Shown here piece after piece: positions 36,460-45,572 of a stretch of DNA of 64,000 nucleotides (positions are counted from its first letter, which is position 1; each line of letters begins with the position of its first letter). The notes below the pieces were generated by a model. That model was not told where the DNA came from, ran no database searches, and saw nothing but the letters and a program-made list of their open reading frames with translations. Source of the DNA: an uncultured Actinomycetota bacterium (GTDB lineage: Bacteria > Actinomycetota > Actinomycetes > JAHEKZ01); assembly GCA_963706045.1 (NCBI GenBank), contig CAVPLY010000014.1:20656-84655 (forward strand), given 5' to 3'. A program made the position numbers and the translations under genes.

Positions 36460-38541
36460 ATGAGTCAGCCGCCGATCGCCGCCCAGCACCCCTACGCCCA
36501 CACCGAGCACGAAGTCGAACGACCCGACCCCTATGCCTGGTTGAAAGACAAGACCAGCGATCAGTCGATGGCGTACCTCCGCGCCGAGCGGGCGTTCTAC
36601 GACGAACAGATGGCGCCGCTCAAGCCGCTGGTCGACGACCTGACGCGCGAGATGATCGCCCGGGTGCCCGCGACCGAAGACTCGGCGCGCTGGCGTGAAG
36701 GCGACTTCGAGTACTTCACGCGGGCGCCGGAGGGTCAGGAGTACCCACAGCTGCTCCGCGTCGACTCCGCAGGACATGAGTCGGTCGTCTTGGACCAGAA
36801 CACGCTCGTGGCGCCAGGCGAGTACGTCGAAGTGGGTGTTCGCCTTGTCAGCCCCGATGGCAGCCGGCTCGCGTACTCAGTTGATGTAACCGGTGACGAG
36901 GTCTACGAACTGAGGTTCCGCGACATCGCGACTGGCCAAGACCTCGACGACACCGTGGCACGCACCTACTACGGCGGCGCGTGGTCGGCCGACGGTTCCG
37001 CCTTCTTCTACGTCGTGCACGATGAGGTCTTCCGCCCGTACCAGGTCTGGCGCCACGTGGTCGGGACGCCAGCATCAGACGACGCGCTGGTCTTTGAGGA
37101 TCTGGACACCCAGTTCGACGTCGTGGTGTGGGCCGACCGGGCCGGCGACCTGATCGTCATCCGAACCTTCAACCGCAACACCGCCGAGGTCTGGTTGGTC
37201 GACTCCCACCGGCCACAGGAACCAGCGTGGGTCGTGACGCCGCGACGTCGTGGCCACGAGTACACGGTGGCGCACCTTCCCGGCAGCGAGCGGGGTGAGC
37301 TGCTCGTCGTCTCCAATGACGGGGCCACCGAGTTCCGACTTCTGCGCGGCCCGGTCACGACATCGGCGCCGGAGGCGTGGATCGAAGTGGTGCCGGAGGC
37401 CGGCGACGAACGGCTGCACGACGTCGATGTGTTCGCGCAGCACGTCGTCCTGACCACTGTCTCAGCCGGCCAACAGCTGCTGCGCGTCCTGCCTCGCGCG
37501 GCCTTGCACTCCGGTGGCGCACTCGACCTTCAGAGCGCGCGAGTCGTCGAGTCCGGAGTGCCTGCGGGACTGCTGGAGCTCTGGCACAACGAGGAGCCTG
37601 ACGTCACGGCAGTCCTCATCGATGTCGAGTCGTATGTCGAGCCGGGTCAGTGCGTAAGCGTCGACCTTGAGTCAGGTGAGCGCACCGTGGTTCATCGTCG
37701 TGCGCTTCCCCACTACAACACCGATGACTACGTCACCGAGTTCCACTGGGTGACAGCTCGCGACGGCGAGCGCGTGCCGGTGAAGCTGGCCCGGCACCGC
37801 GACACCGAGCTCGACGGGTCAGCGCCACTGCTGCTCTACGCCTACGGTGCGTACGAGAGCTCGTTCTGGCCCGGTTTCGACGGATCGCTGCCGAGCCTGC
37901 TCGACCGCGGAGTGGTCTTCGCACACGCCTTGATTCGGGGAGGCGGCGAGATGGGACGCCGTTGGTACCTCGACGGATACATGTTGACCAAGCGCAACAC
38001 CTTCACCGACTTCATCGATGTCGCAGACGCGTTGGCCAACGAGGGTCTGATCGACGGATCACGCATCGTGTCGCGCGGCCTCTCGGCAGGGGGACTGCTG
38101 CAGGGCGCCGTGTACGCCATGCGGCCAGAGCGTTGGCGCGCGGTGGTCGCCGAGGTTCCCTTCGTTGACGCCATCAGCTCGATGCTCGATCACAACGTTC
38201 CCCTGACCGCGAATGAGGTAGATGAGTGGGGCGACCCACGCATCAAGGAGCAGTTCGACTACATGTTGACCTACTCGCCCTACGAGAACGTGCCGTCGGC
38301 GAATCGGCCAGAGCTGTTGGCGACTGGTGCGCTGCACGATCCGAGGGTGCTGGTGCATGAGCCGGCCAAGTGGGTGGCGCGGATCAGGGCAACTGGCGGC
38401 CCAGATGATGCGCGCACGCTCTTCCGGGCCGAGCTCGGCGAGGGCGGCCACAGCGGGCCAACGGGCCGCTTCGCCCACCTGGCGTATGAGGCCGAGGTGG
38501 CTGCTTTCATCCTGCAGGCCGTAGACAAAGTGACCACCTGA
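36460..38541 (+). CDS. ptrB: Oligopeptidase B / prolyl oligopeptidase family S9A
   Basis: 693 aa. N-terminal DPYAWLKDK, a beta-propeller region, and a C-terminal catalytic domain with GLSAGGLL (Ser), D and GGHSG (His). Confidence 0.8.
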   Translation: MSQPPIAAQHPYAHTEHEVERPDPYAWLKDKTSDQSMAYLRAERAFYDEQMAPLKPLVDDLTREMIARVPATEDSARWREGDFEYFTRAPEGQEYPQLLRVDSAGHESVVLDQNTLVAPGEYVEVGVRLVSPDGSRLAYSVDVTGDEVYELRFRDIATGQDLDDTVARTYYGGAWSADGSAFFYVVHDEVFRPYQVWRHVVGTPASDDALVFEDLDTQFDVVVWADRAGDLIVIRTFNRNTAEVWLVDSHRPQEPAWVVTPRRRGHEYTVAHLPGSERGELLVVSNDGATEFRLLRGPVTTSAPEAWIEVVPEAGDERLHDVDVFAQHVVLTTVSAGQQLLRVLPRAALHSGGALDLQSARVVESGVPAGLLELWHNEEPDVTAVLIDVESYVEPGQCVSVDLESGERTVVHRRALPHYNTDDYVTEFHWVTARDGERVPVKLARHRDTELDGSAPLLLYAYGAYESSFWPGFDGSLPSLLDRGVVFAHALIRGGGEMGRRWYLDGYMLTKRNTFTDFIDVADALANEGLIDGSRIVSRGLSAGGLLQGAVYAMRPERWRAVVAEVPFVDAISSMLDHNVPLTANEVDEWGDPRIKEQFDYMLTYSPYENVPSANRPELLATGALHDPRVLVHEPAKWVARIRATGGPDDARTLFRAELGEGGHSGPTGRFAHLAYEAEVAAFILQAVDKVTT

Positions 38542-38629
38542 CTGCACTATTTCGCGACGCCGCTAGGCAGGCTGCTGAACGAGTTGCCGCACCGTTGTCT
38601 TCTTTGGCGGTCGCCCGCACCCTGGGCTC

Positions 38630-39520
38630 ATGTTTGAAGAGGGCCAGCTCTACGCACCGGTGACCCGTCACGATGGCGAGGTCACCGTGCATCTGGCGTC
38701 GGACCATCCAGGCGTGGCTGACCCGGAGTACCGAGCGCGGCGTAACGCGATCGCCGAGGCCGCCCTCGACTGGCGACCAGGTGACCCACTTCCTGTCATC
38801 GACTACACCGACGACGAGCACCACGTGTGGCAGGTGGTGTGCGCCGAGCTTCGTGCCAAGCACCTTCGGCTGGCGCCTCACGAGGTGATCGACGCGGGCG
38901 AGCAGCTCGGGTTGCCGACCGACCACATCCCGCAGCTCACCGAGGTCAACGACCTGCTCGCGCCGCACACCGGTTTCCGCTACCAGCCGGCGGCTGGCCT
39001 CGTGCCGCTCGTCGAGTTCTACGGATCGCTGGCCGACGGGGCGTTCTGGTCGACGCAGTACATCCGCCACGCCTCACTACCCCTCTACACGCCCGAGCCC
39101 GACGTCGTGCACGAGGTCATCGGGCACGCCACGACCCTCGCGAGCCCGCGCCTGGCGGCGCTCTATCGGGCCGCGGGTGGGGCAGCTCGGCGCTGCAAGA
39201 CCCCCGAGGCCCTTGAGTTCGTCAGCAAGGTCTTCTGGTTCTCGCTGGAGTTCGGGACACTCCGTGAGCACGGACACCCCAAGGCGTACGGGGCCGGCCT
39301 GCTGTCGAGCTACGGCGAGATCGAGGAGTTCGTCGGCGCCGACCTGCGCCAGCTCGACATCCCGCTCATGGGCACCATGACGTACGACATCACGCACTAC
39401 CAGCCTGTGCTGTTCTGCGGTGAGTCGCTGGAGCACGTCGAAGATGTCGTCGGCGGCTTCTTCGAGGGCGCCGACGACGCGCTGGTCGAACGTCTGCTGG
39501 CCCTCGTACCGGCTTCCTGA
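38630..39520 (+). CDS. phhA: Phenylalanine 4-monooxygenase (aromatic amino-acid hydroxylase)
   Basis: 296 aa. PEPDVVHEVIGH (2-His iron ligands), FWFSLEFG (Glu ligand) and YGAGLLSSYGE motifs. Confidence 0.8.
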   Translation: MFEEGQLYAPVTRHDGEVTVHLASDHPGVADPEYRARRNAIAEAALDWRPGDPLPVIDYTDDEHHVWQVVCAELRAKHLRLAPHEVIDAGEQLGLPTDHIPQLTEVNDLLAPHTGFRYQPAAGLVPLVEFYGSLADGAFWSTQYIRHASLPLYTPEPDVVHEVIGHATTLASPRLAALYRAAGGAARRCKTPEALEFVSKVFWFSLEFGTLREHGHPKAYGAGLLSSYGEIEEFVGADLRQLDIPLMGTMTYDITHYQPVLFCGESLEHVEDVVGGFFEGADDALVERLLALVPAS

Positions 39521-39602
39521 CGCCGCTAGCCCCGCTCTGCGGCACACACCTGATGAGAAGGCAAAGGTGACGGAGGGGCGTCCGGCGCGGGAGGATGGCG
39601 AA

Positions 39603-41474
39603 GTGAATGCCTCAACCCCTGAAACCTTTGCCGACCTCGGTCTCCACCCAGAGCTGCTTGCAGCGCTGACCGGCCTCGGCTACGAAGAGCCCACCCCGAT
39701 CCAACGCGAAGCCATTCCGCTGCTGCTGCAGGGCAACGACCTGATCGGGCAGGCCGCGACCGGCACCGGCAAGACGGCGGCCTTTGCGCTTCCCGTCCTG
39801 CACCAGCTCACCGAAGGACGACGAGGAGACGAGCCCTCTGCGTTGGTGCTCGTGCCTACCCGCGAACTCTGTGTCCAGGTCTCCGAGGCGCTGCACCGGT
39901 ACGGCAAGGGGCGCAATGCCCGCGTCCTGCCGATCTACGGTGGGCAGCCCATCTACCGGCAGCTGCGCGAGCTCAAGCGCGGTGTCGACGTCGTCGTCGC
40001 CACTCCAGGGCGTGCGCTTGACCACGTCAACCGGGGCACGCTCAACCTTGACTGGATCTCGACGGTCATTCTCGATGAGGCCGACGAGATGCTCGACATG
40101 GGATTCGCTGACGACCTCGAGGGAATCTTGTCGGCTGCACCCAAGAAACGTCAGACCGTTCTCTTCTCGGCCACCATGCCGTCGCGGATCACGAAGATCG
40201 CCCGCACCTACCTGACCGACCCAGTACGCGTCGAGATCGAGCGCGAGCAGGTGGCCGCCGGTGAGAGCCCGCGAGTGAAGCAGTCGGCGTACATCGTTCC
40301 GCGTGCTCACAAGCCAGCTGCGCTCGGACGCATCCTCGATGTCGAGTCGCCGACGGCGGCACTGGTGTTCTGCCGCACTCGCGCCGAGGTCGAGTTCCTC
40401 GCCGAGTCCCTCAACGGCCGCGGCTACCGAGCTGAGGCACTGCACGGCGGGATGGATCAGAACCAGCGCGACCGGGTCATGAACCGTCTTCGATCGGAAG
40501 TCGCCGATCTCATCGTGGCTACCGACGTCGCCGCCAGAGGGCTCGATGTCGAGCAGCTGACCCACGTGGTCAACTACGACGTCCCCTCAGCCCCCGAGTC
40601 CTACATGCACCGCATCGGTCGAGTGGGACGCGCCGGACGCGAAGGCGTGGCCATCACGTTGGCCGAACCGCGCGAGCACCGACAGCTCAAGACGATCGAA
40701 CGCGTGACAAAGCACAAGATCCCGGTGCACAAGGTGCCGACGGTGGCCGACCTTCACGCGCGCCGGCTCGAGGCGACGCGGGCAGCGCTCGAGGATATCT
40801 TGATCGCCGGCGATCTCGGACACGTCGGTGTGGTCGTCGAGTCGCTCACGGACGAGTACGACGTCGTCGAGGTCGCGATGGCAGCGGTCAAACTTGCCCA
40901 CGAGGCTGTGGCTGGACCATCGGACGAGGACGAGATCCCCGACGCCGCCGCCCCCAAGGACGACGGCGGCAAGGCCAAGGGCAAAGGCAAGCCGACAACG
41001 GGTAGCCGCGGTCCGAGTAAGGACCGCGGTCGTCCCTCGGCCGGTACTGCTCGCGTCTACGTGGGCGCGGGACGCGCCGGGGGCGTCCGGCCACAGGACC
41101 TGGTCGGAGCCATCGCCGGCGAAACCCGGCTGACCGGGCGCGACGTCGGATCGATTGAGATCACTGACCGGTTCTCGCTCGTCGAGGTACCGGCCGACGC
41201 CGTCACCGAGGTCGTCAACGCCCTTCGTGCGACCCGGGTCAAGGGCCAGAAGGTGCAGGTGCGGCCAGACCGGGACGAACCCGGGGCAACCAGCAGGCCA
41301 GCGAGCAAGCCCCGCTCCACCTCAACGCGCAAGCCTCCTGCCACCTCGTCGAGCAAGGCATCGGGCAAGGGCAAGCCAGCAGGCAAGAGCAAGCCGTCGG
41401 ACAAGGACAAAGGAAAGCCGAGAAGCAAAGCCGGTGGCACGGGCACGACCCGGCCGCGTGACAGCCGTCCCTAG
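39603..41474 (+). CDS. deaD: DEAD-box ATP-dependent RNA helicase (DeaD/CsdA-like)
   Basis: GTG 39603 behind GGGAGGA. Q-motif FADLGL...PTPIQ, AATGTGKT, DEAD (ILDEADEM), SAT, HRIGRVGRAG. DbpA-type RNA-binding domain and Lys/Ser/Pro-rich basic tail. Confidence 0.85.
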   Translation: MNASTPETFADLGLHPELLAALTGLGYEEPTPIQREAIPLLLQGNDLIGQAATGTGKTAAFALPVLHQLTEGRRGDEPSALVLVPTRELCVQVSEALHRYGKGRNARVLPIYGGQPIYRQLRELKRGVDVVVATPGRALDHVNRGTLNLDWISTVILDEADEMLDMGFADDLEGILSAAPKKRQTVLFSATMPSRITKIARTYLTDPVRVEIEREQVAAGESPRVKQSAYIVPRAHKPAALGRILDVESPTAALVFCRTRAEVEFLAESLNGRGYRAEALHGGMDQNQRDRVMNRLRSEVADLIVATDVAARGLDVEQLTHVVNYDVPSAPESYMHRIGRVGRAGREGVAITLAEPREHRQLKTIERVTKHKIPVHKVPTVADLHARRLEATRAALEDILIAGDLGHVGVVVESLTDEYDVVEVAMAAVKLAHEAVAGPSDEDEIPDAAAPKDDGGKAKGKGKPTTGSRGPSKDRGRPSAGTARVYVGAGRAGGVRPQDLVGAIAGETRLTGRDVGSIEITDRFSLVEVPADAVTEVVNALRATRVKGQKVQVRPDRDEPGATSRPASKPRSTSTRKPPATSSSKASGKGKPAGKSKPSDKDKGKPRSKAGGTGTTRPRDSRP

Positions 41475-41536
41475 GCGTACGGCAGACTTCAGGGTGCGCC
41501 CGAGGGGCGTGTAAGGCCGACTGCATCGGAGGGTTC

Positions 41537-43000
41537 ATGGCCGACAGCCACCGCATCTTGTTGCCCGCCAAGGGCGTCACCGAGGTACCCGTCGCGGGCT
41601 CGCCCGTCACCGGTACCGAGTCGTCTCAGGTGAACTCGCCCTTCGACGGCTCACGGCTGGGCGACGTACCACTCCTGGGCCAGGCCGAGATCGACACGGC
41701 GGTTGCTTCGGCGAAGACGGCTCTGCACGACCAGCCGTTGGCACCGTGGCAGCGGGCGGACGTCCTCGAGAAGGCAGCCACCCTGCTTCGTGAGCGGCAG
41801 GAAGAGTTCGCGCAGATCATCGCCCACGAGGCCGCCAAGCCGATCAAGACCGCACGCGTCGAGGCCGACCGTGCCGCCGGCACGTTCGCGTTCGCAGCAG
41901 TTGAGGCGCGCAAGCTCGCCGGTGAGGTCATCCCGCTCGCTGCAGCGCCCGGTGGCGACACCAAGGTGGCGTACACGATGCGCGTGCCGATCGGTGTCGT
42001 CGGTGCGATCAGCCCGTTCAACTTCCCCCTCAACCTGGTGGCGCACAAGGTGGCGCCGGCGATCGCTGCCGGCTGCCCTGTCGTCCTCAAGCCAGCGGGC
42101 CAGACGCCGTTCAGCGCGATCGCCCTTGCGTGGTTGCTGATCGAGGAGTGCGGCCTTCCGGCGTCCTACCTCTCGGTGGTCACTGGGCCAGGATCGGTTG
42201 TCGGCAATGCGCTCGTCGACCACCCCGACATCGCCCTCATCACGTTCACCGGCTCGCCGGAGGTGGGCTGGGGCATCAAGTCGCGCGCACCGCGCAAGCA
42301 CGTGGGACTCGAGCTCGGCAACAACGCTCCCGTCATCATTGCCGAGGACGGCGACTGGAAGAAGGCCGCTGACAAGATCAAGATTGCCGGTTTCTCGCAC
42401 GCCGGGCAGTCCTGCATCTCGACCCAGCGCGTCCTCGTGCACCGGTCCGTGGCCGACAAGTTCACCGACTACCTCGGCCCGATGGTCGAGTCACTCGTGG
42501 TGGGCGACCCGCTCAGCGAGCAGACCGACGTCTCGTCAGTGATCTCGCAGAACGAGCGCGACCGCGTCAAGGGCTGGGTCGACGAAGCTGTCGCCCAGGG
42601 CGGACGCATCGTCGCTGGTGGTGACATCGACGACAACGGTGTGCTGGTCCCCACGGTTATCGCTGATGCCAAGCCAGAGATGCAGGTGTGCATCAACGAG
42701 GTGTTCGGCCCGGTTGTGGCGATCCAGGCGATCGACTCGGTCGATGAGGGGCTGAAGATCGCCAACGACACCGCCTACGGCTTGCAGGCGGCGATCTTCA
42801 CCAACGACATCTCCACCGCGTTCGAGGCGGTGCGCACCCTCGACTTCGGCGGCGTCCTCGTCAACGAGGTGCCCACGTGGCGGGCCGACCAGATGCCCTA
42901 TGGCGGCATCCGTGACTCGGGCAACACCCGCGAGGGCCCGGCCTACTCAGTGCAGGAAATGACCGAGACACGCCTGGTCATCATCGAGACCTCTCGCTAG
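41537..43000 (+). CDS. NAD(P)-dependent aldehyde dehydrogenase
   Basis: 487 aa. FNFPLNL, VLKPA, ELGNNAP (catalytic Glu) and GQSCIS (catalytic Cys) motifs. Confidence 0.85.
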   Translation: MADSHRILLPAKGVTEVPVAGSPVTGTESSQVNSPFDGSRLGDVPLLGQAEIDTAVASAKTALHDQPLAPWQRADVLEKAATLLRERQEEFAQIIAHEAAKPIKTARVEADRAAGTFAFAAVEARKLAGEVIPLAAAPGGDTKVAYTMRVPIGVVGAISPFNFPLNLVAHKVAPAIAAGCPVVLKPAGQTPFSAIALAWLLIEECGLPASYLSVVTGPGSVVGNALVDHPDIALITFTGSPEVGWGIKSRAPRKHVGLELGNNAPVIIAEDGDWKKAADKIKIAGFSHAGQSCISTQRVLVHRSVADKFTDYLGPMVESLVVGDPLSEQTDVSSVISQNERDRVKGWVDEAVAQGGRIVAGGDIDDNGVLVPTVIADAKPEMQVCINEVFGPVVAIQAIDSVDEGLKIANDTAYGLQAAIFTNDISTAFEAVRTLDFGGVLVNEVPTWRADQMPYGGIRDSGNTREGPAYSVQEMTETRLVIIETSR

Positions 43001-43038
43001 CGGCACGGCCTGGTCATCATCGAGACCTCTCGCTAGCG
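42973..43038. repeat. Tandem duplication (36-bp period) of the aldehyde dehydrogenase 3' end including its stop
   Basis: CCTGGTCATCATCGAGACCTCTCGCTAGCG occurs at 42973-43002 and again at 43009-43038, separated by GCACGG. The second copy supplies the stop of the convergent gene (43017). Confidence 0.8.
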
Positions 43039-43955
43039 CGAGGGGGAGTGGCATCAGGGTCGATTCCCAGGCGGCGGTAGGCCAGTTCGACGGCCCGCGA
43101 TCGCGGGCCAAGGATCGCCTGCAGCGAACGCAGAGTCGTGGCACACACGGCCGAATCGGCTCTTTCCACTGCTGCCGGGCGGGCACTCGAGCCCAGCGCG
43201 TCGTGTGCCCAGCCGGGCAGCAGGTCGGTTGCCGCCCGGACGAGCACCTCGTACGGGCCCCACGCTCCGATCGGCAGAGCCCGGCCGGGGAATCGTAGGA
43301 ACTTGGCCACCGCACGCGCATCAGGGCCGCCGGCGACCTCGCCGGAGAACGAGTCAAACGCCTCGGCGAGCTCGGCAACCGTGGTCGGGGGGTTCTCGAC
43401 ACCGAGAGCGCTCGCGAGCTGACCCATCTCCGCCACGTACTGGTCGGCGTCCACCTGGCCACGCCCGAAGCGTTGGTAGGCGACGAGCATCGAGTCGGTG
43501 AGCCCTATGTGCACCCAGAGCAGCAGGCGCGGGTCTTGTGCCGAGTAGCGGCGGCCGTCGGGAGCCGTGCCGGACACGCGTTCGTGGACGCTGCGCACCA
43601 TCGCGGCAGTCTGCTCGGCCTGGGTGCTCGAGCCGAAGGTCGACGTGGTGACGTAGAGGTTGGTGCGCTGTAGGCGTCCAAGTGGGTCGGTGCGGTAGGT
43701 GGAGTGCTGCTCGACGCCCGCGAGCGCCAACGGGTGGCAGGCCTGCAGCAGCAGCGCGCGTGGGCCGCCGACGAGCGTTGCGAGCGAACTGTTGACCTCC
43801 CAGGTGGCGCTACCGGGACCGAACCAGCCGGCGTCGCCGTCAGTGCCGATTGCCTTGACCCACGCGGGCTCGCCGTCAGGGTCTCCGGACAAGATGACTC
43901 GGAAAGTACGCCGGATGGCGTCCCGGGTGGGGGCGATCAGGGGCAGACTGCTCAT
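43017..43955 (-). CDS. DUF2236 / MpaB-type oxygenase family protein
   Basis: ATG 43955 (MSSLPLIAP). GPGSATWEVNSSLATLVGGPRALLLQACHPLALAGV and RLLLWVH segments typical of the ER-bound oxygenase MpaB/DUF2236 family. Confidence 0.65.
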   Translation of the reverse strand: MSSLPLIAPTRDAIRRTFRVILSGDPDGEPAWVKAIGTDGDAGWFGPGSATWEVNSSLATLVGGPRALLLQACHPLALAGVEQHSTYRTDPLGRLQRTNLYVTTSTFGSSTQAEQTAAMVRSVHERVSGTAPDGRRYSAQDPRLLLWVHIGLTDSMLVAYQRFGRGQVDADQYVAEMGQLASALGVENPPTTVAELAEAFDSFSGEVAGGPDARAVAKFLRFPGRALPIGAWGPYEVLVRAATDLLPGWAHDALGSSARPAAVERADSAVCATTLRSLQAILGPRSRAVELAYRRLGIDPDATPPRASERSR

Positions 43956-44003
43956 CACACCAGGATGCCGAAGTCTGGTCGGCGCCGCAGGTCGAGGAGG
44001 GGC

Positions 44004-44468
44004 ATGCACCCCAGCAACATCCGTGTTCAGCAGGCGTTGGACGCCGCGGGCATCACCGCTGAGGTGCGTCGGCTGCCTGAGTCGACGCATACGGCGGTCG
44101 CCGCAGCCGAGGTCCTGGGGTGCGTAGTGGGTGCGATCGCGAACAGCCTGGTCTTCATGGCCGATGATGCGCCCCTGCTGGTGATGGCCAGTGGTGCGGC
44201 CAAGGTCGACACCGCTCGGGTGGCGGACGTGGTGTCGGTGCAGCAGGTGCGGCGAGCCACGCCCGAAGAGGTGCGGGCGGCCACGGGGTTTCCGATCGGC
44301 GGCGTCGCGCCGGTGGGGCACCCGTCCCCGTTGCAGACCCTGATCGACGTCGATCTCGAGCTGTTCCCCGAGATCTGGGCGGCGGGCGGCACCCCCGACA
44401 GCATCGTCGGACTCACCTACGTGGGACTAGTGACCGCCACCGGGGGAACCCCCACCCGAGTCCGCTAG
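44004..44468 (+). CDS. YbaK/ProX-type aminoacyl-tRNA editing domain protein
   Basis: ATG 44004 behind GAGGAGG. VGAIANSLVF, ...GFPIGGVAPVGH..., second YbaK-like paralog in the window. Confidence 0.7.
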   Translation: MHPSNIRVQQALDAAGITAEVRRLPESTHTAVAAAEVLGCVVGAIANSLVFMADDAPLLVMASGAAKVDTARVADVVSVQQVRRATPEEVRAATGFPIGGVAPVGHPSPLQTLIDVDLELFPEIWAAGGTPDSIVGLTYVGLVTATGGTPTRVR

Positions 44469-44489
44469 CGCAACAGCGCCACCCCAAGA

Positions 44490-44649
44490 CCCGCCGAGTG
44501 CTCACCTGATGGTTGCGTATCTCGACCGAAGGGACGCCCACCAGCCGCATGCACGACGAGAACGCACCCAGTGAGGTGACCACGCGGTCGGTCAGCAACG
44601 AAGTTGGCACTCGACGGGCGATGTCAGCCCCAAGTGAGCACTCGGCGGG
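44490..44649. repeat. 160-bp unit bounded by 18-bp inverted repeats; interior is a decayed HTH fragment
   Basis: CCCGCCGAGTGCTCACCT (44490-44507) vs AAGTGAGCACTCGGCGGG (44632-44649), 17/18 complementary. The minus-strand interior reads ...DIARRV...TSLGAFSSCMRLVGVPSVEIRN, like the C-terminal AraC-type HTH (TSLGxFSSxF..xVGxxPSxYR). CCCCAAG precedes both arms. Confidence 0.5.
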
Positions 44650-44659
44650 CAGGTGCGGG

Positions 44660-45529
44660 CTACGAGCGGAGCGATCCCAGGACGTCGATGCCCACCTTGA
44701 GGAACTTCTTCCAGTCCCCTGGATCGGGCGGGTAGAAGATGAACTCGGTGAAGCCGAGCGGCGCGAACTGCTCGACCAGGCGTGGTACCGCTCCAGGGTC
44801 GGTCCACGCGTCGAACGCCTCATCAAAGGCGAGCAGCGAGCGCGTCAACGACTCGGGCTCACGACCTATCTCGGCGAGGTAGTCGTCGAGCATCGCTGTC
44901 CGTTCGCTGATCTGCCGGTGCCACTCGTCGATGTCGGTGATGTCGATCCACGCATTCCAGGTGTCGGCCATGCGCGCTGCCATCTTGGTGATGCGCGGTC
45001 CGTTGCCCGCCAGCGCCAGCGGGAGTCGAGGCTTCTGGACGCAGCCCGGCGCCATGGCGGCGTTCTCGTAGGAGGTGAACTGCCCGGTGAAGTCGCTGGT
45101 GTCCTGGCGCAGCAGCCGATCGATCACCTGGGTGCCCTCTTCGAGTCGGTCGACCCGCTCTTTGGCAGGCATCTCGTAGGTCGCGCGTCCGACCATGAGC
45201 TGGTCGTCGACCTGCCCGCAGCCGAGCCCGAGCACGAACCGGCCGTTGCTGAGCTGGTCGACGCTCATCGCGAAGCGGGCCACCTGCACGGGGTCGCGCC
45301 AAGCGAGGTTGGTGACCATCATTCCCAGCTCGAGGTCGTCGGTCTCGGACGCGAGGGCGCCCAGGGTGACCCACGGGTCGAGGAGCGGAGACGAGCGGTC
45401 GCGCCAGTCGCCGAGCGTGTCGCCGATCCAGGCGGCGTCGAAGTCGGTGTCCTCCATCCGCAGGGCGAGGTCGCGGCCGTGCTCGGGGCCGCTGGGAATG
45501 ACATAGACACCAAAGGAGAGGTCTGGCAT
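44660..45529 (-). CDS. Luciferase-like (LLM class) F420/flavin-dependent oxidoreductase
   Basis: ATG 45529. FGVYVIP...DAAWIGD...DPWVTLGALA...LGMMVTN...RFVLGLGCG pattern of LLM-class TIM-barrel oxidoreductases. Confidence 0.7.
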   Translation of the reverse strand: MPDLSFGVYVIPSGPEHGRDLALRMEDTDFDAAWIGDTLGDWRDRSSPLLDPWVTLGALASETDDLELGMMVTNLAWRDPVQVARFAMSVDQLSNGRFVLGLGCGQVDDQLMVGRATYEMPAKERVDRLEEGTQVIDRLLRQDTSDFTGQFTSYENAAMAPGCVQKPRLPLALAGNGPRITKMAARMADTWNAWIDITDIDEWHRQISERTAMLDDYLAEIGREPESLTRSLLAFDEAFDAWTDPGAVPRLVEQFAPLGFTEFIFYPPDPGDWKKFLKVGIDVLGSLRS

Positions 45530-45572
45530 GCCCGTGATCGTGCCACAGTCCGGGCAAGGCACACTTGAGGCC

